DNA from: Botryllus schlosseri
Lineage: Eukaryota
Assembly: GCA_051294905.1 (NCBI GenBank)
Contig: CM119378.1
Coordinates: 3,474,001 to 3,538,000 of the forward strand
Length of the DNA stretch: 64,000 bases
Direction of reading: 5' to 3'
The position numbers were made by a program, and so were the translations under genes. Of this stretch, positions 1-13,773 are shown one piece after another. A model generated the notes under the pieces. The model worked only from the letters and a program-made list of their open reading frames with translations, was not told the origin of the DNA and did not search any database. Each line of letters opens with the position of its first letter. Positions within the stretch are counted from its first letter, which is position 1.

Positions 1-168
1 CATATTCAGTTAAAAAGCATCGCGAGATGGCGCGTTATTTGCGTAGATTGTGAACTTATTGAAAATCAGGACTACATGTTGCTCTGTTATGATCAAGGAA
101 AATAATAGCTTTTGGTCGCGAATAGGCACTTGGGGTGAGTAATGGGCGTGGGGATGACGAATGATTGA

Positions 169-3100
169 TCACAAATCATCATCCCCAATTCCCTCGAAAG
201 CAGTGTAGTTCGTTGAAGATGCTTCTTCGACAGACTGATCTTCGCTGTTTGAAGAAGGGCTCTGCAAGGCAACAATATATATAAGTACACGTAGGAACAT
301 GCATATACAGGCAGTTTTTCACCCAGTAGCTCCGCGTTGTATTTAAAATTTGGTAGTAAATAATAGTTATCTAGGTGGGTACTTCTATTTTTTCAAATCC
401 AAAATTTTCCACTGCAATAGCTTCGCTTCTACAGGTGGGAATTGTGCCAAATTTGAGGTGCGGCATTTTTTTTATGCAACTTAACAATTCTATCAGCTAG
501 CCAGGGAAATAGAGAAAAAAGTTATTATTGAACACCCCTAGCGCACATGGCATTTTGCACTAAGCGGAAACAGTACACAAAATCTTACCGTTGCTTTTTT
601 TGAAGAGTCTTTGGCATCGTTGACCTTGAAAAATAATTCGACCATGAAACATAGTCTGCAATCTACATAGCCTTCAGAACGTACCTCAGGACCGAACAAG
701 GCTTCTGAGCTTTTATCTCTTGGCTTGAACCTTATACTGTTCTTCGACTTTTCAGGCTGGCAAAATAAAAGTGTCACATGAATCTCGGTTCCGTATCTTT
801 AACAAAAGCTGTCCAAGAATGCAAGGAATGAGAACAGTCGTAGAGCTGTAGGCGCAGAATGCAGACCCTCCATATTTCATTATCACTGGTGTTCAGCAAG
901 CGTTTCATTGCAATGCATGCAATAGAACCCATGACCATGCACTTTTAACCATTTCATCATAATTGAAATGAGTTATTCTGCAGACAGTAGTCCATGCAAT
1001 ACGTCTGGCAAGGCACCACCAAGTATACACAAACACTCTTGAAATATCTTGAAAACTCACCTTTCGTATCTTTCCTCCTTTTCTCTTGCGCAGAAGTTCG
1101 TCGACCATATCCTTGATGCACATGCTCATCATAATGGCCTGTGTATTCAATAGTGTTGCCAATGAAATGAGAGGCTATGCATGATCGTGATTCTCAAACA
1201 CTTGAGACTCGGACCAACACTTTTGTATGGCCTGTGTATAATGTGTATATCGAACAGCACTCGACCAGTAGAGAATTGATATCAATAAATAAACAGAGAT
1301 AGTCTAGCTAGTAGAAGTGCAAGTAACGTCATAATTTACTACTCAATTACAAAAAGCGATTTGCGAGATGTGTCAAAACTACTGGAAGTAGAGGCGGAGA
1401 ATGTAAGTACTTCAATAATTAAATTTGTTGATGGTTTGCATACTTTTAAAAGCAAATAAGAGAAGGGCTACTTTCAGAATATCAAGCTGCAATCTATGCG
1501 ACAAACGCAAATGATAATGACGCTTCGAACGGATGCAATTTTCAAAAATATATTCGCTCATTCAGTAGCGTGATAAAAGGCAATTTCATGCTGTTCTTGT
1601 CACAATTTGAATCGTAAAAGTGACGCAAAGACATCCGGAATCTACTTTCTCCGGTACAAATTCAAAGATGCCAGAAATAAATTCGATACCAAAACTGTTG
1701 AGTACCAGTAGAAGTAGTCTGACAATATAGGTACTCGAGCTAGTAATGAAACTACTTGAACCCTACTGGAGCATATTCCGAGAATGTAGAAGTACATTGT
1801 TACTGACCGCCATTGTCGATAACCAAATGCATAGACCAGAACGAGCTAAAAAAATACCCATACCTGGTCGCTTATAACCGAAATCCATTTCATGTTCCCT
1901 TTGCTGACGAGATACTCGAAGCTCAACTGTAGCAGAGGCTGCGCGTCTTCGACGGTGTTCTGGTTGACGTCGGAGTCTTTCGTAAAGTGCGACGACGCCT
2001 GGGGGATACAAAAAAAAACGGGACATGGCACAAAAATCTACGCATACGCGAACTGTGCATATTACCCGCCAACATCGAATCCTCGTCACGGAGAACGTGC
2101 TCTCTTTCACCCGCGAATTGCCCATGTCCACTCTGCCGAGATATTTCGTTACAAGTTAAACGGGCAATACGATTATACTACTCCAATATGAATATAGTAA
2201 TTCTACTGATTTGAGTAGAATAGTGAGAGTGACTTTTTCGAGTAATGAAAATATACGCTCCTCGCCACAAGAGTTATATTTGCAATATTATTTCCCACTG
2301 TGGCATCCTTGAAACCTCAATTGGGCGTATCGCAGCATACGGAACATGCTGTACAAAGATTCGAACGTTAGTGGAAATGCTATATCTGCGTAGTCGCGAT
2401 CGACCCACAGCATTGTCACAAAGTACAATGAAACAGGGCATGATCGAAAAAACACCAAAATATCTTGTGATGTAGAAATGGCATTATATTCTTTGGCATA
2501 GCAGAAAAGGTACATATAGTTGAGCTCTTAACGTTTCTCATCCTGTCATGACATCATATTTAGTGATACTCTAGCGCTTGATTAAGAAACGAATCATCAA
2601 GGTTTTGTCCAATCACAGAAACAAGACATCAGAAATTGAAATTCACCTGAAATGGATTTCATAATTCCCAACACTGACGATCACTCTTTTATTTTCAGAG
2701 GGGAAATCTGTCACGCAGGGCTCGAACTGCACGAACCCGTAATGACGAAGGGTACGACACAGCTTCAGACACTATAACGGAAATTGATAGGTTTAAATGT
2801 CTAACAAAAACACGAAACGCAGTGGGCCCGTCACTATAAATAATTCAACAGATTACACTTGTTTTGACCGGAAATGGTAGGCGCCATAGGCAGATTGCCA
2901 CTGGCTACTGGAAAAAGATTGTTATTGCAGTAATCAGATAAGAGTGAGAAGAAAGACTCACTAAACGGACCAATCAGTTGAATCACAAATAGAACAAGTC
3001 CTTAACACATAGAATTATTAATGACTTGATGGGTTTTAACAAGCGACAGTAATCCGCAGTTCCAAGTTCAAAATTAGAAAATGGCCACCATTAATAATTG

Positions 3101-6100
3101 ATGAAGAAGACAAGACTCAATGTGAAGTATTACATATCCTTATAAAAACAAAGTATCCATTTTGATTTATTGGAAAGCCATCTGTCGCGCAGTGGAGAAG
3201 AATGCAATGTCAATGACATGCCTCCAAGGCAAGTATTATTGACCTGGTTTACATATGCAGCTAAATAAATTCAAACAGACCAACTAATAAAGTATTTGCG
3301 GATAGCACATGCCGATTTTCGTTCATATAACAACTATATGATAATGATATTTGACAGATATCCAACTAAGCTGGTTGAAACATTATAATTAAGTCATGGT
3401 CATCTGTTCAATATGGATTAAGGTACCAAGAACACAAATAGGTTTTGCCCTCGGGCTTTGTTCAATCACAATGGTTCTTAACATTGGCGTTGTCATTAAT
3501 CAAAGTAGACAATAATAAAATATATCCAATAAAAACAAAAGTGTATCAAGGTCCAATCAAGTGCCAATTATAAAGAATCAGCTCAGAGTGGTTTTCATGG
3601 AATTTCATACATCAAAACGGACTATGCCAACCCCGACAGATTACACATTTATTGTTGTCAAACGATCACTAACAAATTAAGTTGAGAGTTGCTAAACCAG
3701 TTTTCACAGTACATCTGCATTACTAGCTACAGCCAAGGTAATATTTAGACATCCAACTCAATAGGCTTACACATGATTAGCAAGTTGAAGGCGATTCCAT
3801 GAAATCATGGAGCAAATCTATGCCTAGATTGCTGGAGCATCTCAGAGCACAATCTAATGAAATACGAGCAAATGCTAGGTAGCATAGGTAAGTATAGCAG
3901 GCAGAGGTAGCCTACTTGAGTAGGCTTATAGAAAAGCTATCACAGACTAGCTCTGCTTAACTTCTGATCTAGTCAAGTCTGTTGATGTGAGGATTGCAAG
4001 ACACAAGGAAAATCATAAAGGTTAACTAGCGGTGGTCAATAAAGCTACTGATGTTACTAAGCTGAAATTGCCAAGGCGAGCCAACATCAAGTTAAGCTAC
4101 GAGAATATAAAAGGTTGGAGTACCTTAAAAATCGCAAATCAGCAAGATGAATTTTTTGACACCAACAATGCATCATTGTGCAGAGAGAGAATGAGATAAC
4201 TAACAATTTTCAGTGGATATAACCAATCTGGCAAAATTACAATATTTTACTTGACAAATTACGCATGAACTTGATTTTATAACTTGACGGCAGACTTGTG
4301 CATATACAAACTAACATTCTAGCAAGTGGACAGTCAGCTAGCTAACTACCGGTTCTAGTTCTAGTTCTTGTTGCGAGTTTTGAAAAGCGAGTATTTCTAG
4401 TTCTAGTTGCGAGTTTTGAAATTGAGTAACTCTTTTGCGAGTTTTGAAGTGGGTAGTTCTAGTTGCGAATTTTGAAGAGTAGTTCTAGTTCTAGCTGTGA
4501 GTTTTAAAAAGTGAGCATTTTTAGTTCTAGTTGCGAGTTTTCAAAAGTTGATACTTCTAGGTCTAGCTGCGAGTTGCAGTTTTGAAAAGCCAGTAGTTCT
4601 AGTTCTATTTGCGAATTTTGAAAAGTGATTGGTTCTAGTTCTAGTGCGAGCTGAGAGTTTTGAAAAGCGAGTAGTTTTAGTTGGGAGTTTTGAAGAGTAG
4701 TTCTAGTTGTGAGTTCTGAAAAGTGGGTAGTTTTAGTTCTAGTTGCGAGTTTTCAAAAGTGAGTATTTGTAATTCTAGTTGAGTGTTGAAAGTTTTCAAA
4801 AGTGACTAGTTCTATTTGCGAGTTTTGGAAAGTAAGTAGTTCCAGTTCTAGGTGTAGGTGCGAATTTTTAAAATCCAGTAGTGGACATTTGTAAAAATCC
4901 AAAATCAACGGGTCGAATACTACAACTACTAAAGTCAACCTCTGTTGAGTAAATTAGAAAAGAGTAGAAGTAGCCTACCTCACAAGAGAGATTACCACGG
5001 CCCAGACAGGTGACAAGCTAGTTAAATCAAGGAAGACTAATTCCTGACCTCTCTCTTGGATCCTCTAGATTGCAGAGACGCTATCCTTTCTTCCGCTTCC
5101 GGCGTGGAGACGGTCCATCCTGCTTTCACGTCACTGATGGCCTGGAGTTAAATATTATTAGAATCCGCCCGTAAATTTTGACGTGCTCAAGAGAAACATT
5201 TATTGGTGTCACGGGGAACACTAGTCTGTAAATGATTGTATACTGAAAAAGTACTATTTTTTGGTGTTTCGTTACTTCATGAGATTAATCTCCGACCAAT
5301 CCCTACCTGGACATGTAACAAGTTGAAAGTCGTTATATCCGTGATGAGATCATCATCGAATTCTTGATCCCAGTATGCTTTCCGGATTACTACTTTGTGC
5401 TTGCGCCTCTCCAATATGGCCTTCACCGATATAAATGGCGATTCGAAATCTTGAAGCTTTCGAATGACTGTAAATTGCAGTAAGAACTTGATTAAGAATT
5501 TGATTTAAGAATTAAAATTTCAAACTCATCAATTTTCGTTTTGCTAGTTCACACTACTCGGAAGGAAATTTCGAGACAAATGAAAATTATTATCGTCGTT
5601 CAATATTTCTCAGGTGAAATTCAACACATATATGGATTAAATTGCTCACGTTGTCAGAATTTTATTCCTGAAAATAGAACTTATACAACTGGACCCAAAA
5701 TGACAGGATATCATTTCCATTTCATAGTATATCCATACTTGAATAAAAAAGGCTGTTTTGGGCTGATACTCGTCAGAGGGGCAATCGTCAGCAACTAGCA
5801 GAGAATTGATAAGATCATTACATTCCAGCAATCTTCTCACCAAATATACATACGATTGCTGATATACAATGTTCTTAGCAATTTTTTACTGGGGTAATCG
5901 TCAGCAAGTAGTAGAGAATGGAAGAAAACATTATACATTAACAATTACAACCAAATATATATCCGAGTGACGATATATATTGTTCTTTTCAAATTTCCAC
6001 TAGTTGCTGACAATTGCCCCTGACGAGTGTCAGACATAAGTATTTGGGTTTCTTACAATTTCCCGTAATAATAAAGCGTATATCTCTTACTTGCCTAACC

Positions 6101-9100
6101 GATTCAAGTATTTTGTCACTGGATAGTAGGACACCTTCACTGTGTCTCAGACATATAATATTATGATGAAAGAATCACCACAGAAGGCATACTTGACAGT
6201 TTTCCATTTCCTTTGTTCTTCATCAGAAACAAGCCAAAGTAATGAACAAAATCTTCCGGGATCCCGATACTGGCCGCTGCATTCTGCAAGGAAAAGTAAT
6301 GTGAAACACAGGGCCGGAACTATTCCGACAAAACACCTGTCACCTCCAGTACGTCATTCGTTTGATCAGTGCTGTTGATGTCAATACAAACTTTGGCCCC
6401 ATTCATCAAATACACCTCTAACGACACCGGTATTGTTTCTTCACGCCTCGTTTCCTGCAAAGCCACAGCATAGTGTTTTAAACCATCATGTTATTCATAT
6501 ACACAGAATACACTCATCACTAAAATTGCACAACGCAATTAACAGCATATGATACTAAATCTACGAGGTGGTCACTAGGGCTGGGCATAATGATTCGAGT
6601 ACTCGAATCTGAATCGAGTAGTAGTTTTAATGATTCGAGTCGAGTAGTAAAACACGATTCTTTCGAGTACTGAAATTATACGCGCTCCTCGCCACTGAAA
6701 GTTAATTTATCAACAAGAATTATGGTTTCGATACTAATTTTCACAGCCTTGAAACCTTGACTGGTCGTACCGTAGCACACAATACTCATAGTACAAACTA
6801 CAAGTCGTTACTGGGAATAACGCATTTCTGAAGTCATGATCATTCCACAACATTGCCACCTAGTGAAATGAAATCAGTGTGGTCCAAAAAATACCTAGCT
6901 ATCTTTAATATGATGATAACGGACATTATATTCTTTGTGGTGGTATAAAAGGTACATATTTGTACTTTGAAATACTATATCCGGTTATGACATCATAATA
7001 AGTGATACTCGATTACTCGACTCGAAGCAAAATACGTGATTCAGAATCGAATAACCCGGGTACTCGATTTTGCCCAGCCCTAGTGGTCACTAACAAAGTA
7101 CTACAAGTTTTGGAGTAATTAAGTACGTTATACCTACTTGTACTACTTGCTCAATTGGTAATATTTTAGATCACTTCCAATTAGACAGTTTTTCAGGCAA
7201 AACTCCTTACTTGCCACACTCTGGATCTTGAAGAGCATAGCGCAGTTTGGGACAAATCTGCATCATTTTATGACTCAAATTGTCTTAATAATGGGCAAAA
7301 CAGACCCCTTTTACGACAATTCAACATATATTCAAAGAATTCATCTATTTGGGGTGACAGCAATCTTTTTGCACCAGTCGCGAAGGTACATCTCGCAATT
7401 TCATAGCAGTACTCTCCGATTAACTGCTTGAAGCATGTGAGCCCTGGACTAAATCTACTCGAGTTCTCTCAAAGCTTTAACATTCAACTTCAACCCGAGG
7501 TACTTTTGAAACGGTTCAGAAATCGCTAGTAATATTAGCAATTTGCTTTTACTTCTACTTGAAGAGCCAACGTACAATTGTCAACGTACATGAGGAAAGC
7601 TAAAACCTACCTAAAACCATATCAATACTCAAATAAATTATTTTGCGGGCAAGAAAATCATTGCACCCCCACCCCCCCCGACAACTATGCTTGTTAGGCA
7701 CCAGCATCACCAACGCGAGTAGATGTTAGGCTCCCAACTATGCCGTCTAAAGCTCATTGATTTTGGTCTGTATTTGTTTGCAAATATGGTCACTACTTAC
7801 ACAGTGATCGGGCATACCCGCAACATTATGGCTATGACTAGAGTCAGACCAATTATCGAGTCGACATCACAATTTGAAAAAAATTCGGCCACAAGAGGCC
7901 AACATGGTAGTAGGGGAGTCCAGAAAATGATAATCTGTGTCTGCTTAACTGGAAATATGGATATATTTCATAGGCAATAGCTTACAGACTGTGTCCAGAC
8001 ACAGCCTTTCCAGTCTACTTCACATCCAAGCATAGCCTAGCAATGGAGATAAAGCTGTTATAATAAAACCTCAGAACTTCTGAAATGTGCCTCTGAAATG
8101 TGCCTTAAGGTAGATGCCATATCTTTTGAATATCGGCTGAATATTTCGGGGCTATTGGGAACGGGTTCTAGTTATTGGTATCAGTCGAACTCTAGATATG
8201 ACACAGAGTTACGCATGTAATGATGAGACTGTTTTACCTGCTGAGCTTTATGAAGAAAAGCGCCGAACATTCCACTGGTCCAGATCTCTTGACACTGGCC
8301 GACTGCGTCAAACAGAAAAGCATTATCATTCCAGCGTAACATTCACCGGAATGTCGTTTCCCACCACTTTGGACATATTTTTCCAGCTGCACGCGTCGTT
8401 CATTCAAACTGTCACCTTTCAGAGAAAACATCTTCTTCGGCGGGAAATCATACAGCTCCGCTGTAGGGAACTCGTTTCTGAGCTGCAAAAAGAAATTCAC
8501 TGAACATTCACAAAGCGACGGCGCCTTTTTCTGATCAGGCTCATCATTGAAATCATTCGAAATGTTTGAGTTTGTTGTTAATAATTTTATCCTTTTAAAA
8601 ACAGCACAAGATTTTGATACATTGAAAAGATAGGAAGGTGTCAGAACAACTTGGAGTAGTCATTGAACCATCAAATACCTAATTAATTGATCTCAACCAG
8701 AATTGACTTGATTAGACGAATTCTTGGTGTACAGATACTTATCGTTCTCGTGCTAGAATGTGCTGTGATTTTATATGAACTTGACTTGATTTTGTTGGGT
8801 TTCTTTTTATTTATGAATTTAATTCAGTGGCTAAGGTTCAGCAAACTAATTCTAATCTAATTTGGAAAAAACTGTACGGCTATAATTCTAATTCCAATCT
8901 AGTTTCGATACGATCAAAATTTTCTAATTGTCCTTATAATTCATTGCATGCGCATCAAAGCAAGCGAAACTTAAATATCCTACTAGGCTGAAGATACCAG
9001 AATATGTACGAACTACGACCAATGCCAAAAGTGATCAATATTCGTGGGCTTGAAGAAACTTCATTAATGGCCAAGTAAATATTGTGTTCAACATGACATC

Positions 9101-9362
9101 CTCACCTGATCATTGAGGTCTCGAAGTTGACTGTATCTCAGACTGCAGTGGTGTACTCCATTGATATGGATGTCAAATACCTGTTGTATTGAAAGTAAAA
9201 AGTCATAAAGAACAACATATTGGCATATAAATTACAGCAATGAAATTTCACTTCAAGGTCTGTGTTAAGAATAAAAAAAACAGATATCGTTCTTTACGGT
9301 ACCTGATACGATGATCCTGTTTCATCTTTTAGTTCCTGTGTATCGGGTATCGAAAAATGCAT
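169..9362 (-). CDS. SNX17: Sorting nexin-17 (PX + FERM-like domain), 15 coding exons, ~459 aa
   Basis: Manually spliced GT-AG exons with consistent phases: 9303-9362, 9106-9180, 8365-8482, 8238-8302, 6344-6454, 6193-6283, 5307-5467, 5049-5141, 2647-2771, 2066-2132, 1864-1998, 1061-1138, 685-756, 589-624, 169-261 (1380 nt). Protein starts MHFSIPDTQE..VFDIHINGVHHCSLRYSQL..FPPKKMFSL, contains FSVTRIRCWR, LSFEYLVSK and QAIMMSMCIKDMVDELL, and ends AFEGIGDDDL*. All match recognisable SNX17 motifs. Confidence 0.95.
310..540. mobile_element. Degenerate fragment of the TAGGGG-TIR MITE family (cf. 20011-20599)
   Basis: Ends gagaaaaaagttattattgaacacccta, like the 20570-20599 terminus, and shares the internal motif caaatccaaaattttc...gcttc..gtgggaattgtgccaaattt. 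Confidence 0.55.
2200..2575 (+). mobile_element. Degenerate copy of the TAGGGCTGGGCA MITE family
   Basis: Internal motifs (tatacgctcctcgccac, ttgaaacct, cacagcattgtcacaaag, aaaaggtacatat, tgacatcata..agtgatact) are collinear with 6576-7082 and 62379-62866. Termini are eroded. Confidence 0.65.
4352..4880 (+). repeat. Imperfect tandem repeat (~30-36 bp unit TAGTTCTAGTTGCGAGTTTTGAAAAG) in an SNX17 intron
   Basis: More than a dozen visible variants of tagttctagttgcgagttttgaaaa. Confidence 0.9.
5763..6033. mobile_element. Small foldback/MITE-like element
   Basis: Left end ctgatactcgtcagaggggcaatcgtcagcaactag and right end ctagttgctgacaattgcccctgacgagtgtcag are inverted. There is an internal ~110-bp tandem duplication, and related motifs occur at 44515-44600 and 51233-51413. 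Confidence 0.6.
6576..7082. mobile_element. hAT-type MITE (TIR TAGGGCTGGGCA)
   Basis: TIRs tagggctgggca / tgcccagcccta and a perfect 8-bp TSD GTGGTCAC (6568-6575, 7083-7090). Confidence 0.92.
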
Positions 9363-9609
9363 CACTAATTGTGACAACGATCAACAGAAATTTTCAACAG
9401 ATCCAACCAGACACATATAATTGTGCGGTCCTCTATTGTTCTATCAGAAATTCTGCATAAATTCATAGACGACACGACACCAGTGAGAATGGCAACACAA
9501 CAAACACCGCTGGGGATTTTAGAGAGTGTCACTGGTGTCAGTATCTTGTATTGAATGTGTCTACATTAGATAGTGTAAGTTAGCATACATGGATCTGGTC
9601 ACTTTTTCG

Positions 9610-10245
9610 TGTCAGTCCTCCTAGTCAGCCCTCAACATTCACCGGACCACGACCTCACATATCGATCCGTCACATGCCACCTGATTTTGTCGCTTATCAT
9701 TTTATATTTTCTTCTTTTACTTTCACTCGGTCAGTCGGTGTACATCATCATCATTGGTTTATTAGCAATTTTATCAGTTCAATACACCACAAAAATACGA
9801 TACAATGAAAAGACAGGAAGATGTCGAAGCGACAAGGAGTAGTCTATGGAATCTGACACCCACCCTGGCCTAGGCGATGTAAAGAGGAGGCATGCACACT
9901 GAATGAAAGTAAAGAAGATAGTATAGAAGAAGAATGCGACAAGAAATAGGGCGGCATGTCATGGGAAGCGAGATCGATAGGTCAGTCGTGGTCCGGTAAT
10001 CTTGAGGATGGACTGTATTTATTTAGTAGTAATTGCTTGTATTTCGACTTGAATGTGGACATGCTCGTCGACTGTCGGATGGCCGGCGGGATACTGTTCC
10101 ACACATGCCTCCTATTTCATCGCCTAGGACCAAGTGGGTGTCTGATCTCAAAGACTACTCCAATTCGTTTCGGCACCTTCTCATCTTTCATTGTATCGCA
10201 GTCTTGTGATTTGATGTGATAAAATTTTATGAATAAACTTGACTT
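9610..10245. mobile_element. Two nested 5'-truncated LINE 3' fragments (minus copy ~9746-10102 inside a plus copy)
   Basis: Minus strand ~10105-10010 translates VWNSIPPAIRQSTSMSTFKSKYKQLLLNKY, a typical C-terminus of L2/CR1-like LINE RT ORFs. Flanks 9610-9745 and 10103-10245 are the same family in plus orientation, ending in an aataaacttgactt tail. Confidence 0.7.
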
Positions 10246-10989
10246 AATTGGACAAGCAGTATCAGTATCATCACAATCTCCACTGCAGTTGAGTTGAGTT
10301 CAACCCTAACAAGATAAGATTAATCACTAGGTACTTTTTATTCCCGATTACGGATTACAACACATGCTATCTTCAGTAGAGCATGTATCTCTAAGCTACG
10401 CACGTCATATAGTTTTAGTTATCTATAATCAGAAATGGCAAAACAAAACGATTCCAATCCTTGAGTTGGCCATAATCCGGTTCAGGAGCCGGAGCCAAAG
10501 CCGGATTTCGTCGACTAGATCCGGATTTTGAATTTGCTCGGACTCATCATTGGTTTATTAGCAATTTAGCAATTTATTAGCAATTCTAGCAACTCTAGAT
10601 TACTAACCTACAGAGTTGATTTTATATTCGTCAGATTATATTTTCATTTGCCCAAGATACACGCAATGTACAATGCGATATACAAGACACAATGCGACGT
10701 AATTAACAGATAGGAGGATGCAGAACCGAAACGACCAGTTGTGGCCTCTCAATCAGGCATCCAATCCATCAGGTTAGTAATCTATACTCTGAGCTGACCA
10801 TAGTCATTTACAGCTGTAAACGACTATGGCCTGGCCTTAGATTAAGAAAAACTCTGACAGTCTGATTTTAGCAGCACTAAAATACGAAGAATTAGCAGGA
10901 TTTCGGCAGGATTTTTTCGGCCTATGAAATTCAGCCGGAGTCCGATGGATTCGGATTCCGAAAAAATAGTCATAATTTGCCCTATCTAT

Positions 10990-11502
10990 CAGTGATGAGC
11001 ATCGGAGCGGAGTCGGAGTGGATTCGGAGCGGAGTTTTGCCGATTTTGTGACAGTCGGAGCGGAGTCGGAGTTTACTACAGATATTTTTTCGGAGAATTT
11101 CGGAGTATTGTAACTTTTGTCTCCTATATCACTGGATAGCTCTGACTAGAATACACTCTTGATTATGATTACAAACCAAAGCACAGACAGGTGACACCTT
11201 GTAAAATTGTAATATGACAGGTAACATGCATGATTGTTAAGTGCATAAAAATCAGCCATCTGCACTGCAATTGGGGACTGGAGAGTAGACAATACTATGA
11301 CTCCAACCATATTATCACATTAATTTATTAAAACACATTACCAAGTGTACCATGCTTGCCACTGTTTCGGATACTTGACGAGATTCGTCGGAGTATCTCG
11401 GAGTCTGGGATTGAGCTGTTCGGAGTCGGAGGGCGTTTTCCTCAGACACTAAAGTTGTCGGAGGGATTCGGAGTCTCAAAAAGCACTATCCGCTCATCAC
11501 TG
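10990..11502. mobile_element. hAT-type MITE (TIR CAGTGATGAGC) with CGGAGT repeats
   Basis: TIRs cagtgatgagc / gctcatcactg and a perfect 8-bp TSD CTATCTAT (10982-10989, 11503-11510). Confidence 0.9.
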
Positions 11503-11686
11503 CTATCTATATATTCCGACATAGCCACACATTTACACAACGATGTCATTATCAGTATCAGTATCAGTTTATCAACAATTTCATCATTTCGTTGGGATGT
11601 TGATGACTTAAATATCAGTTCCGACGCATTGGCGCAACCAGGGGTCATCCATATTTTACGTATATTCTTCGCATGTATGGTATAGT

Positions 11687-12675
11687 CAGGACCGTAACAG
11701 CACTTCGTCAGCCCCCCCCCCCAAAAAAAACGTTGGTCTTGGGCCCTTATAATATAGGGTGATAAATGGAAATTCTGGGGGGCTTCGCCCCCAGACCCCC
11801 TCCAGCTATACGCTTTTGCCCGATACTTATCGGCTATATTGGATAAACTGTTTGCTGAATTAGTTGATATCGCCTAAACGCGCCAAGCGCGAAAAATTTC
11901 TATAACTCATGATTGAATCGGTCAATATGATCGGGAATTGCATAGGCCTATAATATATATTGCTATCAATTTTTTTATCCTCTCTCTGTGCCCGTAATCA
12001 GATTTACCGGTAGAGCTTAGTGAGGTATGTTGGAAAAGGTAGGACCCCTACAAAATATTTAAACATCTTTGGGCAGACCCGTTGGTATAATGACTTCATT
12101 ACTTGATGCTATTTCGTGACCTCCTATCTGCTATGTCAAAAGTTAGTTACTAAACTAAAAGGCCCACACGATTGCAAATTGGTATTTCTTTACTGCCAGA
12201 TAATCTTCCCTGCGGGATGTCATTTGTCTTGTGGGGTTCAGATCGCCAGGACAGGAACATTCGGCGCCAGCCATTTAGGTGCCTATGGACAATTAAACAT
12301 ATGTGTATATATATCGAAGTATTCCTTTTCGGTCAAGGTCTTCTCGCTGCTGATCGTCCTGGTACACTTCTCGGAGTCTTATAGTTACTTGGCCGATAAC
12401 TTCATACGTCGTGGTGCGTCGTGGCGTGGGAATGGCCGACACTGAAGTGCCCATTACTATAAATCATGCGTATTTTTTGTTGGGGGAAGGGCACACAATA
12501 ATCAAGTTATTGGGCAACATTAAATCGCGAGCAGCGCGAAAAAAAAATAGAAAAGTTGCATGAATTTTCAAAGAAATACTCTATAATTTATGTTAATTCA
12601 CGAAATAATTTTGGGCCACCGTCGAGCTCGCCTCCCCCCAATTGGGGGGTTTGGGGTGTGGCAGTTGCAGTCCTG
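11687..12675. mobile_element. Probable old MITE (imperfect TIR CAGGAC(C/T)G(T/C)AAC)
   Basis: Termini caggaccgtaac / gttgcagtcctg with C- and G-rich subterminal tracts. The TSD is not clean. Confidence 0.45.
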
Positions 12676-13773
12676 AGTATATAGGGTTACCATATGTCGT
12701 CTTTTAAGGGGATTTGTCCTCTTTTTTGAAAGTGTCCTCGGAGGACGCGCTAATGTCCTTTTTTTGAGAATTTGTCCTCAACGATGCTGTCTGAGCAGGT
12801 CAGGAGCAAGTGCGCACGAGAGTGAGAGTGTGAATGCTCAATCGGTGGCGCGACAATGGCCAATACGCTTGCTGTTTGCGCTGCTCCTCGCCTGCTCCTA
12901 GACGGCATGGTTGCGTCACGATACCATACTCCGTTTTATCAAATTTACTGCTCGGCAAGCCGGTAAAAAATTACCGTCAAATTGCCAAAAGTGTGACGTA
13001 GACCAATATCACTGAGCCGTGAGATTTGCTTGTGTCCACACCATATAGGACACTATGGTTCTGCTGACCGTCGCGCACCATTCAACTCAATCAGTTCCTC
13101 CAATTCTCAAGTTCTTCGGCGGTAACACAACGTTGACAATAAGCGAAAATCCCATGTTATAGGTATAGAGAATGATGGGGGCATGAGCCGATGAGCGTAT
13201 GGTAATGACGTGTTATTATTGTGCTCTTGTTTACCACTACCAAAATGAAATTGATCGCAGCATATTGACATCATCAAGTATTTTTCCTAAATCTCAAACC
13301 ATCGCGGACCACAGAATAATTAATTGCTGTCCGCAAGCTGCTCGCGAGTTGGTGACTCCTGTCCTTGGCTGACAGGCCCTGTTCGGCTGTGCCGTATTGG
13401 AAGTTTATCTCGACTCTTTACCACCGATGTCACTGTTTAAACAGCTTCGTAAAAAGCCCTGAAACAGAGCGACCCCAACTAGAAGTCGGCAGCAAAGCCT
13501 AGAAGACGGACGCACGCATGCAAGAGAGATAACATGAAGAGCTGGAGGACCCGAGATAGAAGTCTGCAATAGACTATACCCCGGGCCGAAACAACACTTC
13601 GCCAGCCCCCCAAAAAAACATTTTTCTTCGGCCCCCCAGATATGGTGTTCAACCGAACTTATGGGGGTGACGCTCCCCAGACCCTTCTCGATTTCAATTG
13701 AAATAAGCCCTCCAGGCCTCCACCCAACGACCGTAATTTTACTAAAGAATGCGACAAGAGCGCCAGCTAGCAT

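Noticed and set aside
3050..3800. Possible highly decayed LINE RT remnants in an SNX17 intron
   Set aside because: Only vague motif echoes, too degenerate to support.
12116..12445. 109-aa ORF and overlapping frames inside a MITE-like element
   Set aside because: No recognisable domain or splice context. Likely chance ORFs or a decayed captured fragment.
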